From Acidimicrobiales bacterium (GTDB lineage Bacteria > Actinomycetota > Acidimicrobiia > Acidimicrobiales > CADCSY01), in the NCBI GenBank assembly GCA_040905815.1, contig JBBDQT010000001.1, forward strand, positions 1 through 57,575: a stretch of DNA of 57,575 nucleotides. The letters are read 5' to 3'. The position numbers were made by a program, and so were the translations under genes. Below the pieces are notes generated by a model. That model did no database searches. It saw nothing but the letters and a program-made list of their open reading frames with translations, and had not been told where the DNA came from. Of this stretch, positions 17,934 through 25,614 are shown piece after piece; positions within the stretch are counted from its first letter, which is position 1, and each line of letters starts with the position of its first letter.

Positions 17934-18193
17934 CAGACCCGGGCTCGGACCCGATCCGCGCCCAGCGGGCGAAGGTGGCGCGCAGCGTCGCCGTCGCGAC
18001 CCAGCTCGGCTACGGCCTGTTCGCCCTCGCCATCATGCTCTTCGTGATCGGGTTCGCCACCCGGTTCACCGGTGCGCTGGCCTCGGCGACGGTCGCCTCT
18101 CTCATCACCGGCTGCGTCGTCCTCGCCCCCGCCATCGTCCTCGGCTACGCCGTGAAGTCCGCGGAGCGCCACGACCGGGAGCACGGCCGCTGA
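17930..18193 (+). CDS. Small two-TM membrane protein
   Basis: GTG 17930 forms a GTGA overlap with the glycosyltransferase stop. VTDPGSDPIRAQRAKVARSVAVATQLGYGLFALAIMLFVIGF...SLITGCVVLAPAIVLGYAV. Confidence 0.5.
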   Translation: MTDPGSDPIRAQRAKVARSVAVATQLGYGLFALAIMLFVIGFATRFTGALASATVASLITGCVVLAPAIVLGYAVKSAERHDREHGR

Positions 18194-18284
18194 CGGCGGA
18201 CGGCCCGGTCTCCATGTGGCGCCGGCGGCTCCTCCGATGCGAGCATGCCCACTGACACGTCCATCAGCGCAAGGGGAACGTCAC

Positions 18285-19391
18285 ATGGTCAAGGCCGCAG
18301 TGCTCGCCGGGATCGGCCAGCCGCTCGAGATCCGCGACGACATCGAGGTCGAGGCACCCCACGCCGGTGAGGTGAAGATCCGCTTCGGCGCGTCCGGCGT
18401 CTGCCACTCCGACGTGTCCATGCAGAACGGCACGATGTTCCCGAACTGCCCGATCGTCCTCGGGCACGAGGGCGCGGGCGTCATCGAGGAGGTCGGCGAG
18501 GGCGTCACCAGCGTGAAGGTGGGCGACCACGTCGTCGTCTCCTGGGTCCCGCAGTGCGGCGAATGCTTCTTCTGCGAGCGGGGCCAGGGGTTCCTCTGCA
18601 AGACGGCTGATCCCAGCCTGGCGAGCGGCGGTCTCCTCGACGGGACACCCCGCTTCACCTCAGGCGGCGCGCCCCTCCACCAGATGGCAGCGACGGGCAG
18701 CTTCGCTGAGGTGGCCATCATCCCCGCCATCGGGGCCGTCAAGATCGACGACGACGTGCCCATGAAGGTGGCGGCTCTCATCGGGTGCGGCGTCCTGACC
18801 GGCGTCGGCGCCGCGATGAACACCGCCGAGATCAGGCCGGGTGACACCGTCGCGGTCGTCGGCTGCGGCGGGGTCGGGCTCAACGTCATCCAGGGGGCCC
18901 GCATCGCCGGTGCCGCGAGGATCATCGCGGTCGACATGAACGAGACGAAGCTCCAGATGGCCAGGGACTTCGGCGCGACCGAGGTGGTCAACGCGAGCGA
19001 GGGCGACCCCATCGGCAAGGTCATGGGCCTCACCGAGGAGCGGGGCACCGACGTCTCCTTCGAGGTCATCGGCCTGCAGCAGACGATCGACCAGGTCATC
19101 ACCATGACCCGGCGCGGCGGGGAGGTCGTCCTCGTCGGGGTGCCCAAGATGGACGCCATGGTCCAGATCCCGGCGTTCCTCGGCCTCGTCCTCCAGGGCA
19201 AGACGATCAAGGGCTGCTGGTACGGCTCATCGAACACCCACCAGGACATCCCGGAGCTCGTGCAGCTCTACAAGTCCGGCGAGCTCAAGCTCGACGAGCT
19301 CATCAGCCGGACGATCTCGATCGACGAGGTGAACGAGGCGTTCGAAGCCATGGCCACGGGCGAGGTCGCCCGCAGCGTGATCGTCTACTGA
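18285..19391 (+). CDS. Zinc-dependent alcohol dehydrogenase (class III / formaldehyde-dehydrogenase-like)
   Basis: ATG 18285 with an AAGGGGA SD. GASGVCHSD, GHEGAGVIEEVG, structural-zinc CGECFFCERGQGFLC, and Rossmann VVGCGGVGL. Confidence 0.9.
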   Translation: MVKAAVLAGIGQPLEIRDDIEVEAPHAGEVKIRFGASGVCHSDVSMQNGTMFPNCPIVLGHEGAGVIEEVGEGVTSVKVGDHVVVSWVPQCGECFFCERGQGFLCKTADPSLASGGLLDGTPRFTSGGAPLHQMAATGSFAEVAIIPAIGAVKIDDDVPMKVAALIGCGVLTGVGAAMNTAEIRPGDTVAVVGCGGVGLNVIQGARIAGAARIIAVDMNETKLQMARDFGATEVVNASEGDPIGKVMGLTEERGTDVSFEVIGLQQTIDQVITMTRRGGEVVLVGVPKMDAMVQIPAFLGLVLQGKTIKGCWYGSSNTHQDIPELVQLYKSGELKLDELISRTISIDEVNEAFEAMATGEVARSVIVY

Positions 19392-19644
19392 GGCTCAGCT
19401 CCAGGAGCCGGAGTCGCCCGCCTGCGGCGGCAGGCCGTCACGCAGGCGGTAGCGCCGGCGTCGCAGGCGGACCGAGAGCAGACCGACGCCCGCCTGGGCG
19501 GCGGGGATCGGACGCAGCGGTTCGGCAGGGCGACGGGTCTCGGCCGAGGGTGCGTTGCGACGACTGCTCACGGCACCAATGTTCGCCGTCTCCGCCGCCG
19601 GCTCCTGCTCCGAATGTTGTTACCCATCAGTATGGTGAACGGGC

Positions 19645-20277
19645 GTGACGACCGGGAACCCCAACACGACCAGCGGGATGCGCCTGCCCGCGGCGGCGCG
19701 GCGCCGCCAGCTCCTCGACCGCGCTGTCGAGGTCTTCGCCGCCGAGGGCTTCCACGGCACATCGATGAACGACGTGGCGGAGGCGGCGGGCGTGACGAAG
19801 CCGGTCCTCTACCAGCACTTCAGATCGAAACGGGACCTGTACCTCGAGCTCCTCGACGACGTGGGCCAGCAGCTCCAGGAGTCGATCGTGACGGCGACGG
19901 CCCGCGCCGCCGGCCCGCGCCAGCAGGTCGAGGCTGGCTTCGCCGCGTACTTCCGCCACGTCGACCGGCATCGCAGCGCGTTCACCCTGCTGTTCGGCAG
20001 CGGCGCCCGCCTCGACGACGGGTTCGCGGAGGCGGTTCGGCGGGTCGAGACGGCCATCGCCGAGGCGGTGGCCGCCCTGATCGAGGCCGATGTCGACGAC
20101 GTCCACCGGCGGGTCCTCGCCTACGGCGTCGTCGGGCTCGCCGAGAGCACGAGCCGGCACTGGCTGGCCGAGGGCCTCGAGCTCGACCCGGACGAGCTCG
20201 CCGGACAGGTCGCCGACCTCGCCTGGGCAGGCCTGCGCGGCGTCCGACCGGCGTCGGCCCCGCTGGAGACCTCCTGA
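19645..20277 (+). CDS. TetR/AcrR family transcriptional regulator
   Basis: ORF 19645..20277. N-terminal HTH RRRQLLDRAVEVFAAEGFHGTSMNDVAEAAGVTKPVLYQHFRSKRDLYLELL. Confidence 0.85.
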   Translation: MTTGNPNTTSGMRLPAAARRRQLLDRAVEVFAAEGFHGTSMNDVAEAAGVTKPVLYQHFRSKRDLYLELLDDVGQQLQESIVTATARAAGPRQQVEAGFAAYFRHVDRHRSAFTLLFGSGARLDDGFAEAVRRVETAIAEAVAALIEADVDDVHRRVLAYGVVGLAESTSRHWLAEGLELDPDELAGQVADLAWAGLRGVRPASAPLETS

Positions 20278-20651
20278 TCATCACGGTCGCGAGGTGGGTT
20301 GCCGCGTCGGCGTTCGCGCTGGCGCTCGTCGGCTGCGGCGGCGACGGTGAGGGTGCAGCGACGTCATCGACGGTCCCGCCCGCCACGACGACGGCGCCGG
20401 TCGCGGCGAGCACGACGACCGAGGTCGAGCGAGCGCCGGCGGCTGCCGCCACCGAGATCGGGATCCGCATCGAGCGTCGGGTGGGCGACGAGGCGACGAC
20501 CCGCTTCGCCGACGTGGTCGTGGCAACGCTGGCCGATCCCAGCGGGTGGACGGGGGCCGGCTTCACCTTCACGTTCAGCGACGATGCCCCGCACACGATC
20601 GTGCTCGCCGAGGAGGCTGCACCACCCCCGGCACCCCCGCCCCGGTCATGA
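20274..20651 (+). CDS. Lipoprotein, DUF3152-like N-terminal half; start codon non-canonical or unresolved
   Basis: Frame of ORF 19614..20651. (I)ITVARWVAASAFALALVGCGG is a lipobox signal peptide, followed by IGIRIERRVGDEATTRFADVVVATLADPSGWTGAGFTFTF. The only CTG/ATC codons lie just upstream of the signal peptide. Confidence 0.5.
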   Translation: MIITVARWVAASAFALALVGCGGDGEGAATSSTVPPATTTAPVAASTTTEVERAPAAAATEIGIRIERRVGDEATTRFADVVVATLADPSGWTGAGFTFTFSDDAPHTIVLAEEAAPPPAPPPRS

Positions 20652-20806
20652 TCCAGCAGTCGACGAACCTCGACGGCTGCCTTGCCAACCCGTGGCCGCT
20701 CGACTGGGAGATCGCGTGCGCCGCCACCCGCCTCGAGCCTCTCGCCCCTCCCTACGAGGACGACGCGGTGCCGCTGTGCGGGCCGGACGGCCCGATCGCC
20801 GACTGA
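20648..20806 (+). CDS. Small Cys-rich ORF (52 aa) coupled by ATGA to the lipoprotein ORF, or the frameshifted C-terminal part of that gene
   Basis: MIQQSTNLDGCLANPWPLDWEIACAATRLEPLAPPYEDDAVPLCGPDGPIAD. GC3 is very high, only three codons end in T. ATG 20648 overlaps the upstream TGA. Confidence 0.35.
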   Translation: MIQQSTNLDGCLANPWPLDWEIACAATRLEPLAPPYEDDAVPLCGPDGPIAD

Positions 20807-20827
20807 ACGGGCAGCGATACTGGGGCG

Positions 20828-21706
20828 ATGAGAGCATCCGATCGTTGGCGGCGGCTGGTCCGAGCGCGGTTCGCCGAGATGGAGCGGCTGGCGCCTGGCC
20901 GAGGCGACGTCGGCCCTGCGTTCTGGAACTCCGGGGGGCGCGCCCGCCGCTACGCCGCCGCCGTGGCGGCGACCGGGGGGAAGGATCCGTTCCTCACCCG
21001 GTTGCGCCGGTCCGTCGACCGACGGAGCACGGTCGTCGACGTCGGGGCCGGCACCGGCCGCATCGCCCTGGCGCTCGCGCCGAAGGCGCGCGAAGTCGTC
21101 GCCGTCGACCCGAGCAGCGCCATGCTCGGCATCCTCAAGCGCGAGGCACGGCGTCGGGATCTCGGCAACGTGCGCTGCATCGAAGGCCGGTGGCAAGACG
21201 TGGAGCTGAGTTCAGAGGGCGACGCTGCCGTCACCGTCGATGCCGTCCCGCCAGCCGACGTCCTCATCTGCTCCTACGTCCTCACGCTCGTCGACGACCC
21301 CCGTCCGTTCGTCGAACGGATGGACGCCGCGTGTCGCGGACGAGCGTTCCTGTACGTGCACGGGCTCGGCACCGACGCCCTCCTCGACCCGTTCTGGAGG
21401 CACTTCCACGGTCGCCCTCGCAAGCCGTTGCCCACCTACCTCGACGCAGCAGCGATCGTGCGGGAGATCGGTGCCGAACCCGACATCGAGGTTGTCGAGC
21501 AACCTGCCATGGCCCGCTTCAAGTCGCTGTCGCAGGCGGTGAAGGCGTACCGGGAGACCTTCGTGCTCCCCGACACGCCCGAGGTCCGCGCCGAGCTGCG
21601 CGCGCTCCTCGGACCCTGGCTCGTCGAGGATGACGGCATGCTGCGACCGCCCATCAGGACGGTGCCCGCCGCCATCGTCTCCTGGCAGGGATCGGGCGGG
21701 CCGTGA
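20828..21706 (+). CDS. Class I SAM-dependent methyltransferase
   Basis: ORF 20828..21706. Motif I VVDVGAGTGRIALALA, followed by an acidic post-I residue (VVAVDPS). Confidence 0.8.
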   Translation: MRASDRWRRLVRARFAEMERLAPGRGDVGPAFWNSGGRARRYAAAVAATGGKDPFLTRLRRSVDRRSTVVDVGAGTGRIALALAPKAREVVAVDPSSAMLGILKREARRRDLGNVRCIEGRWQDVELSSEGDAAVTVDAVPPADVLICSYVLTLVDDPRPFVERMDAACRGRAFLYVHGLGTDALLDPFWRHFHGRPRKPLPTYLDAAAIVREIGAEPDIEVVEQPAMARFKSLSQAVKAYRETFVLPDTPEVRAELRALLGPWLVEDDGMLRPPIRTVPAAIVSWQGSGGP

Positions 21707-21741
21707 CCGACGACACGACCCGCGGCGGGGCCTAGTACTTC

Positions 21742-22419
21742 CTATCCGGACTGCTGGCGTTGGCCAGGCTCGTCGCCGGCCCGGTGTGACGGAGCCGCTG
21801 CAAGCCGGTCGTCGTCGCTCGGTCCGGCGAGCCACCAGCCGAGGGGGAGCAGCGAGCCGGCGAGAACCACCTTCAAGATGTCACCGAGGACGAAAGGCGC
21901 GATCCCCAGAGCAAACGCGCTCCCGTCACCGCCGACGACGGGGACGCCCAGCACATGAGCCAGCCAGAGCGTTCCGGGCACCCAGATGAGCACGACGTTG
22001 GCAGCGATCATCGCCGCCACGGACGTCACGACGTGTCGGTCGCCGCCCCGCTCCGCCACGAGCCCCACGAGGCCGGCCGCCGCGATCGCACCGACGAGAT
22101 ACCCGCCCGTCGCGCCGGTCGCGTGCTCCCAGCCGCCGCTTGCACCGGCGTAGAAGGGCAGGCCGATCGCACCGAGCGTCCAGAACAGACCGACGGACGC
22201 GATCCCTCGCCGAAAGCCGTAGGCCCCACCCAGGAAGAGCACGGCGAAGGTGAGACCGTTCACCGGCACCGGAGTGAATCCCAGAGGGATGCGCAGCTGC
22301 GAGGCCGCGGCGGTGAGCAGCGCGCCTCCGATGACGAGCGCCATCGTGCGCAGGCGGGATGCGGGCAACAGATCTGCCAGCACCGCCCGACGGGGCAGGT
22401 GGAGAGAGACGGCGGTCAT
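21742..22419 (-). CDS. bioY: Biotin transporter BioY (ECF S-component type)
   Basis: C-terminal 225 aa of ORF 21742..22620, from ATG 22419. ...QLRIPLGFTPVPVNGLTFAVLFLGGAYGFRRG...GATGGYLVGAIAAAGLVG...FVLGDILKVVLAG. Confidence 0.85.
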   Translation of the reverse strand: MTAVSLHLPRRAVLADLLPASRLRTMALVIGGALLTAAASQLRIPLGFTPVPVNGLTFAVLFLGGAYGFRRGIASVGLFWTLGAIGLPFYAGASGGWEHATGATGGYLVGAIAAAGLVGLVAERGGDRHVVTSVAAMIAANVVLIWVPGTLWLAHVLGVPVVGGDGSAFALGIAPFVLGDILKVVLAGSLLPLGWWLAGPSDDDRLAAAPSHRAGDEPGQRQQSG

Positions 22420-22685
22420 GGAGGATGCTCCGGTGGGACGGGCCAGCGCCAACCGCTCCGAAGTTACAGCGCTCGGGCCTCTCGCGACGCTCCGTTCCGC
22501 CACGCCATCCGCAGCGCCCCGCTCGGCGCGCCGGGCGGAGGTACGCGCGCCCGAACGTGTCCCACACTGCCAGTTCCGCGCACCCCCGCCAGCGCGAAAT
22601 GGATGATCGGCGCGCTCCACCCTCAGGGGGCCGGACCTGCCTCCCGCGACCGAGGATCGGCACGTCGGTGCGCCCGGCCGTGGCG

Positions 22686-22859
22686 TCAGCTCGCGGGAAG
22701 CTCAAAGGAGTCGAGCGCGCCCTCAGGGATCCCGAGTGTCCCGTCCTCCAGTCGAACGCGAGGAAGCCGATGCTCGTACATCGCTTCGATGACGACGCGA
22801 GTCCGGACACCGAGGCGCTCAGCGAACTCGGCAGGGCGCAGGATCTTCGTCTCAGCCAT
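22686..22859 (-). CDS. Excisionase/MerR-superfamily helix-turn-helix DNA-binding protein (57 aa)
   Basis: Hand translation gives MAETKILRPAEFAERLGVRTRVVIEAMYEHRLPRVRLEDGTLGIPEGALDSFELPAS. GGGAGG SD upstream. Start overlaps the stop of the 66-aa ORF by 1 nt. Confidence 0.6.
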   Translation of the reverse strand: MAETKILRPAEFAERLGVRTRVVIEAMYEHRLPRVRLEDGTLGIPEGALDSFELPAS

Positions 22860-23059
22860 CACAGGCCTCCCTCATCAAGTCCAAGCCTACGGTGGACGAC
22901 TCGTATCACCGTGGCGAGCTCGTCTCGCAGCCCGGGCGCGGAGCCGGAGCGCTCGAACTCGAGGAGGGCGTCCTCGAGCACCTCGAGCACTCTGAATGCC
23001 TCGTCGAGGTCGAGGACCAGACCCAGCGGAACAGGGTCTCCATCGGGACCGTCGGCCAT
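22859..23059 (-). CDS. Hypothetical acidic helical protein (66 aa)
   Basis: ORF 22859..23059, MADGPDGDPVPLGLVLDLDEAFRVLEVLEDALLEFERSG.... Coupled to the HTH gene. No family recognised. Confidence 0.4.
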   Translation of the reverse strand: MADGPDGDPVPLGLVLDLDEAFRVLEVLEDALLEFERSGSAPGLRDELATVIRVVHRRLGLDEGGL

Positions 23060-23429
23060 CAGACGGGCGTGCTCGGAAAGCTCATCGCTGAACGCTACGC
23101 AGGCCCGGTGACAGTGACGACTGCTGTCCAGCCAGCTCCTCGGGGACGACCGGGGCGCGGCCTCAAGCCAGCCGCCTGCCGCTCGCGAAGGAATGGTCGG
23201 TGCGCCGGGACCCAGATCCCTGGCTGCTCGCCTGGCGGCCCGGCCAGCGCGACTACCGGCACGCAGTCGGGGAGCTACGTGTCGGTCGTGATGTCATCCC
23301 AGGCCGGACCGCCGTACCCGATGAGCCAGTCGAGTGCGTAGTGCCGCTCCATGACGACGCCGGCATCAAGTCCTTCAACGACCTCGCCCCGGAGCCGTGC
23401 GTAGTCCCGATGCCTGCTGTCGCCGCCGG

Positions 23430-23753
23430 TCAGGTCGGCGTGGTGATCAGGCCGGGGGCCGCAGCGGCGGGGGCCGGGCCTCGCTGGCGTCGGTCGGCGG
23501 AGGGCTCGGAGGCGCCGGTCGGCTCATCGTCCCCGTCACCGGGGACCGCGCCGGGGCGCTCCGGAGCGACGACCCGGTAGCCCGTCACGAGGTGGTCCAA
23601 CCCGCGGGCGGCGGCCCACGTGAGCACCAGGGCGAGGCCGTAGCGGGCGCCCGCCGAGCCGAGCGGGACGTCGCCCCGGAGGGCGTCGAGGAGCACCGGC
23701 CCGCAGAGCACGAGGGACACGACCATGACGAGGGACCGGCGCTGCGGGCTCAC
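23430..23753 (-). CDS. Small membrane protein (2 TM, P/D-rich tail), last gene of the flagellar operon
   Basis: ORF 23430..23753. GTG 23753 forms a GTGA overlap with the PilZ gene stop. SLVMVVSLVLCGPVLL and YGLALVLTWAAARGL are hydrophobic segments. Confidence 0.5.
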   Translation of the reverse strand: MSPQRRSLVMVVSLVLCGPVLLDALRGDVPLGSAGARYGLALVLTWAAARGLDHLVTGYRVVAPERPGAVPGDGDDEPTGASEPSADRRQRGPAPAAAAPGLITTPT

Positions 23754-24364
23754 GGTCGCGACCGGGCGCGCTCGAGGGCCTGGCGCCGGAAGACGTAGGC
23801 CCGGATCCGGTCCGCGTCACGGCCCGGCAACCCGGTGAAGCGGCAGCCCGCGTGGACCCGCCCGCCGAGCTCGTGGACCCGCACGACGTCGCAGCCGACC
23901 TCGAGCGTGGATCCCTCGAGCTCGAAGCGCAGCGTCACCCGCGCCTCCGCCGCGAGCGGGGCAGGCGGGCGGGCGACGACGTGGGCACCGCCCTCGCTGA
24001 GGTCCACCAGGCGTGCAGGGGTGGCGGAGCCGGCGGTGAGCACGGTGGCGGCGGTCAGGTTGAGGGCCCGGACGTGGGAGCGCCGCTGGTCCGACGTCGC
24101 CGGGCCGTCCGCCCTGAGCCGCCAGTGCGGCACCGGGTGGGCCCCGACGGCGACGAGCGTCGTCGCCAGGTGCTGCGGGCCGAACGTCCCGACCCAGGTC
24201 AGCGTCACCCGGTCGCCCACCGGCGGCGGGGTGCGCGCCGGGGGGGACGGATCGGCCACGGTCACCTCCGTGGGCTCGACGTCCTCGATGCGCGTCGAGA
24301 GCGCCTCGTCCCACCCGGTGACCTCGATCCCGACCACCGCGTTCACCGCGAGCGTCGCGAGCAT
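23750..24364 (-). CDS. PilZ-domain c-di-GMP receptor, YcgR/MotI-like two-domain architecture
   Basis: C-terminal 204 aa of ORF 23750..25126, from ATG 24364 (ATGA overlap with the flhF-like stop). PilZ motifs QRRSHVR (RxxxR) and DLSEGG (DxSxxG) with canonical spacing. N-terminal beta-rich domain. Confidence 0.8.
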   Translation of the reverse strand: MLATLAVNAVVGIEVTGWDEALSTRIEDVEPTEVTVADPSPPARTPPPVGDRVTLTWVGTFGPQHLATTLVAVGAHPVPHWRLRADGPATSDQRRSHVRALNLTAATVLTAGSATPARLVDLSEGGAHVVARPPAPLAAEARVTLRFELEGSTLEVGCDVVRVHELGGRVHAGCRFTGLPGRDADRIRAYVFRRQALERARSRP

Positions 24365-25614
24365 CAGCTCGCCAGCCGCTCGACGAGCAGGGCCGTCCAC
24401 GCCGCGGGCGTGCTGCGGCGACCCTCGACCGAGGCGATGGGCAGGCCTGCGCCGAGCATGGACGCGGGGCTCACGGTCTCCGCGCACGCGCCGACCGCGA
24501 GGGCGGAGACCCCGCCGATGGCGGCTGCCCAGGTGGCGACGTCCTCGGGCTTGCGGTCCGCCCGCACCGCGGCCCACACCGCCACCGGCTCGAGGGCGGC
24601 GATCATCTCCTGCACCCACATCCGGCCGGCGGCGCTGTCGTTCGCGCACACCGCCACGACCGTGGGGGAGCAGCTGCGCCAGGCGGGACGGCGGACGGCG
24701 GCCTCCTCGGGACCGCGCAGCGAGTTCACGCCGGCGCGACCGGCGCCGGCGACGACCACGTCGCCCGGCACCTGCCCGAGCTGGGCCGCGGCCACGCCGG
24801 CGGCCTGGATCGCCACCGCTCGCTCCCCGACCACGACCACGACGTCGCCACGGTCGACGATCAGCGGCGGCGGCGGCACCAGCAGCTGCTCGAGGGTGGC
24901 GAGGACCTGCTGGGCCTCGCTGCCGGTGCCTTGGACGCTGGCGAGGAGGTCCTGGGGGACGCCGAGCGCCCGCAGCGACGCCAGCAGCGCGGCGTCGGGC
25001 CGGGAGCCCGCAGGGGCCGCGTCGGCGCGTGGCGCCGGCGCCGCGGGCGGGGGCCCGGCCGGCGCTGCGACCGGCGCCGCGCGCGGGGGCTCGGCCGGCG
25101 CCGCACGGGTCGACACGACGGGCCACACGACCGGCGCGACGACGGGCATGGCAGCAGGAGGAGCGGTCCGGCCGTCGAGGTCGGAGACGGGCCGCTCGGA
25201 CTCGAGGTCGGTTAGCCCGGCCTCGCCGACCAGGCCCCGCAGCACCTCCTGGAAGGTCCTGCCCTCGGTGGACGGCGCGTAGGGCGCGTGCCCGGACGGG
25301 GGGCGCACCGTCGCCGCAGCCGAGGGGGCGGCCTGGCGCTCCACGTCGCTCACCTGGTCGGCGAGATCGAGGATCGAGCGCGGCGTGGCGGCGGCCGGTG
25401 GCTCGCCCACCTCTGTCCTACCCACCTCGGTCGGGTCGGCGTGCTCCGGGAGCTCCACGAGGACCTCGAAGCGCTCACGGGCGAAGAAGCCGCCGAGCCC
25501 ACCGGTTCGCACCTTCTCGGCGCTGAGGATCCGCGCCGCGGAGCCGTGCTCGTCGGTCACCCGGGCCAGAGCGGCCTCGAGGGTGTCGCCGTCAAACGTT
25601 CGCTGTGCTGGCAA
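24364..25614 (-). CDS. FlhF-like protein with a degenerate (motif-less) SRP-GTPase domain
   Basis: ORF 24364..25614. The N-terminus MPAQRTFDGDTLEAALARVTDEHGSAARILSAEKVRTGGLGGFF matches the FlhF B-domain start, followed by a P/A-rich linker. The C-terminal domain occupies the NG position, but G1 reads VVVVVGERAVAIQAAG, with no GxxGxGK[ST]. Position after flhA is syntenic with flhF. Confidence 0.6.
   Translation of the reverse strand: MPAQRTFDGDTLEAALARVTDEHGSAARILSAEKVRTGGLGGFFARERFEVLVELPEHADPTEVGRTEVGEPPAAATPRSILDLADQVSDVERQAAPSAAATVRPPSGHAPYAPSTEGRTFQEVLRGLVGEAGLTDLESERPVSDLDGRTAPPAAMPVVAPVVWPVVSTRAAPAEPPRAAPVAAPAGPPPAAPAPRADAAPAGSRPDAALLASLRALGVPQDLLASVQGTGSEAQQVLATLEQLLVPPPPLIVDRGDVVVVVGERAVAIQAAGVAAAQLGQVPGDVVVAGAGRAGVNSLRGPEEAAVRRPAWRSCSPTVVAVCANDSAAGRMWVQEMIAALEPVAVWAAVRADRKPEDVATWAAAIGGVSALAVGACAETVSPASMLGAGLPIASVEGRRSTPAAWTALLVERLAS

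Noticed and set aside
19395-19571. 58-aa Arg-rich minus-strand ORF (VSSRRNAPSAETRRPAEPLRPIPAAQ...GDSGSWS) between the ADH and TetR genes
   Set aside because: No SD, no recognisable family, and a composition typical of chance ORFs in GC-rich spacers. It cannot be supported from sequence alone.
19619-19640. AT-richer imperfect palindrome GTTACCCATCAGTATGGTGAAC upstream of the TetR gene, a possible operator
   Set aside because: Only 14 of 22 positions are self-complementary, which is too degenerate to call without comparative or binding data.
22420-22686. Possible biotin-responsive operator (BirA/BioQ type) upstream of bioY
   Set aside because: Only a short GTGTCCCACAC palindrome flanked by GAAC/GTTC was seen. 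It does not match the operator consensus sequences I know.
23110-23274. P-loop NTPase start (VPVVALAGPPGEQPG...)
   Set aside because: The Walker A lysine/serine is absent and the ORF is 55 aa, ending in low-complexity sequence. It is treated only as a possible gene remnant.
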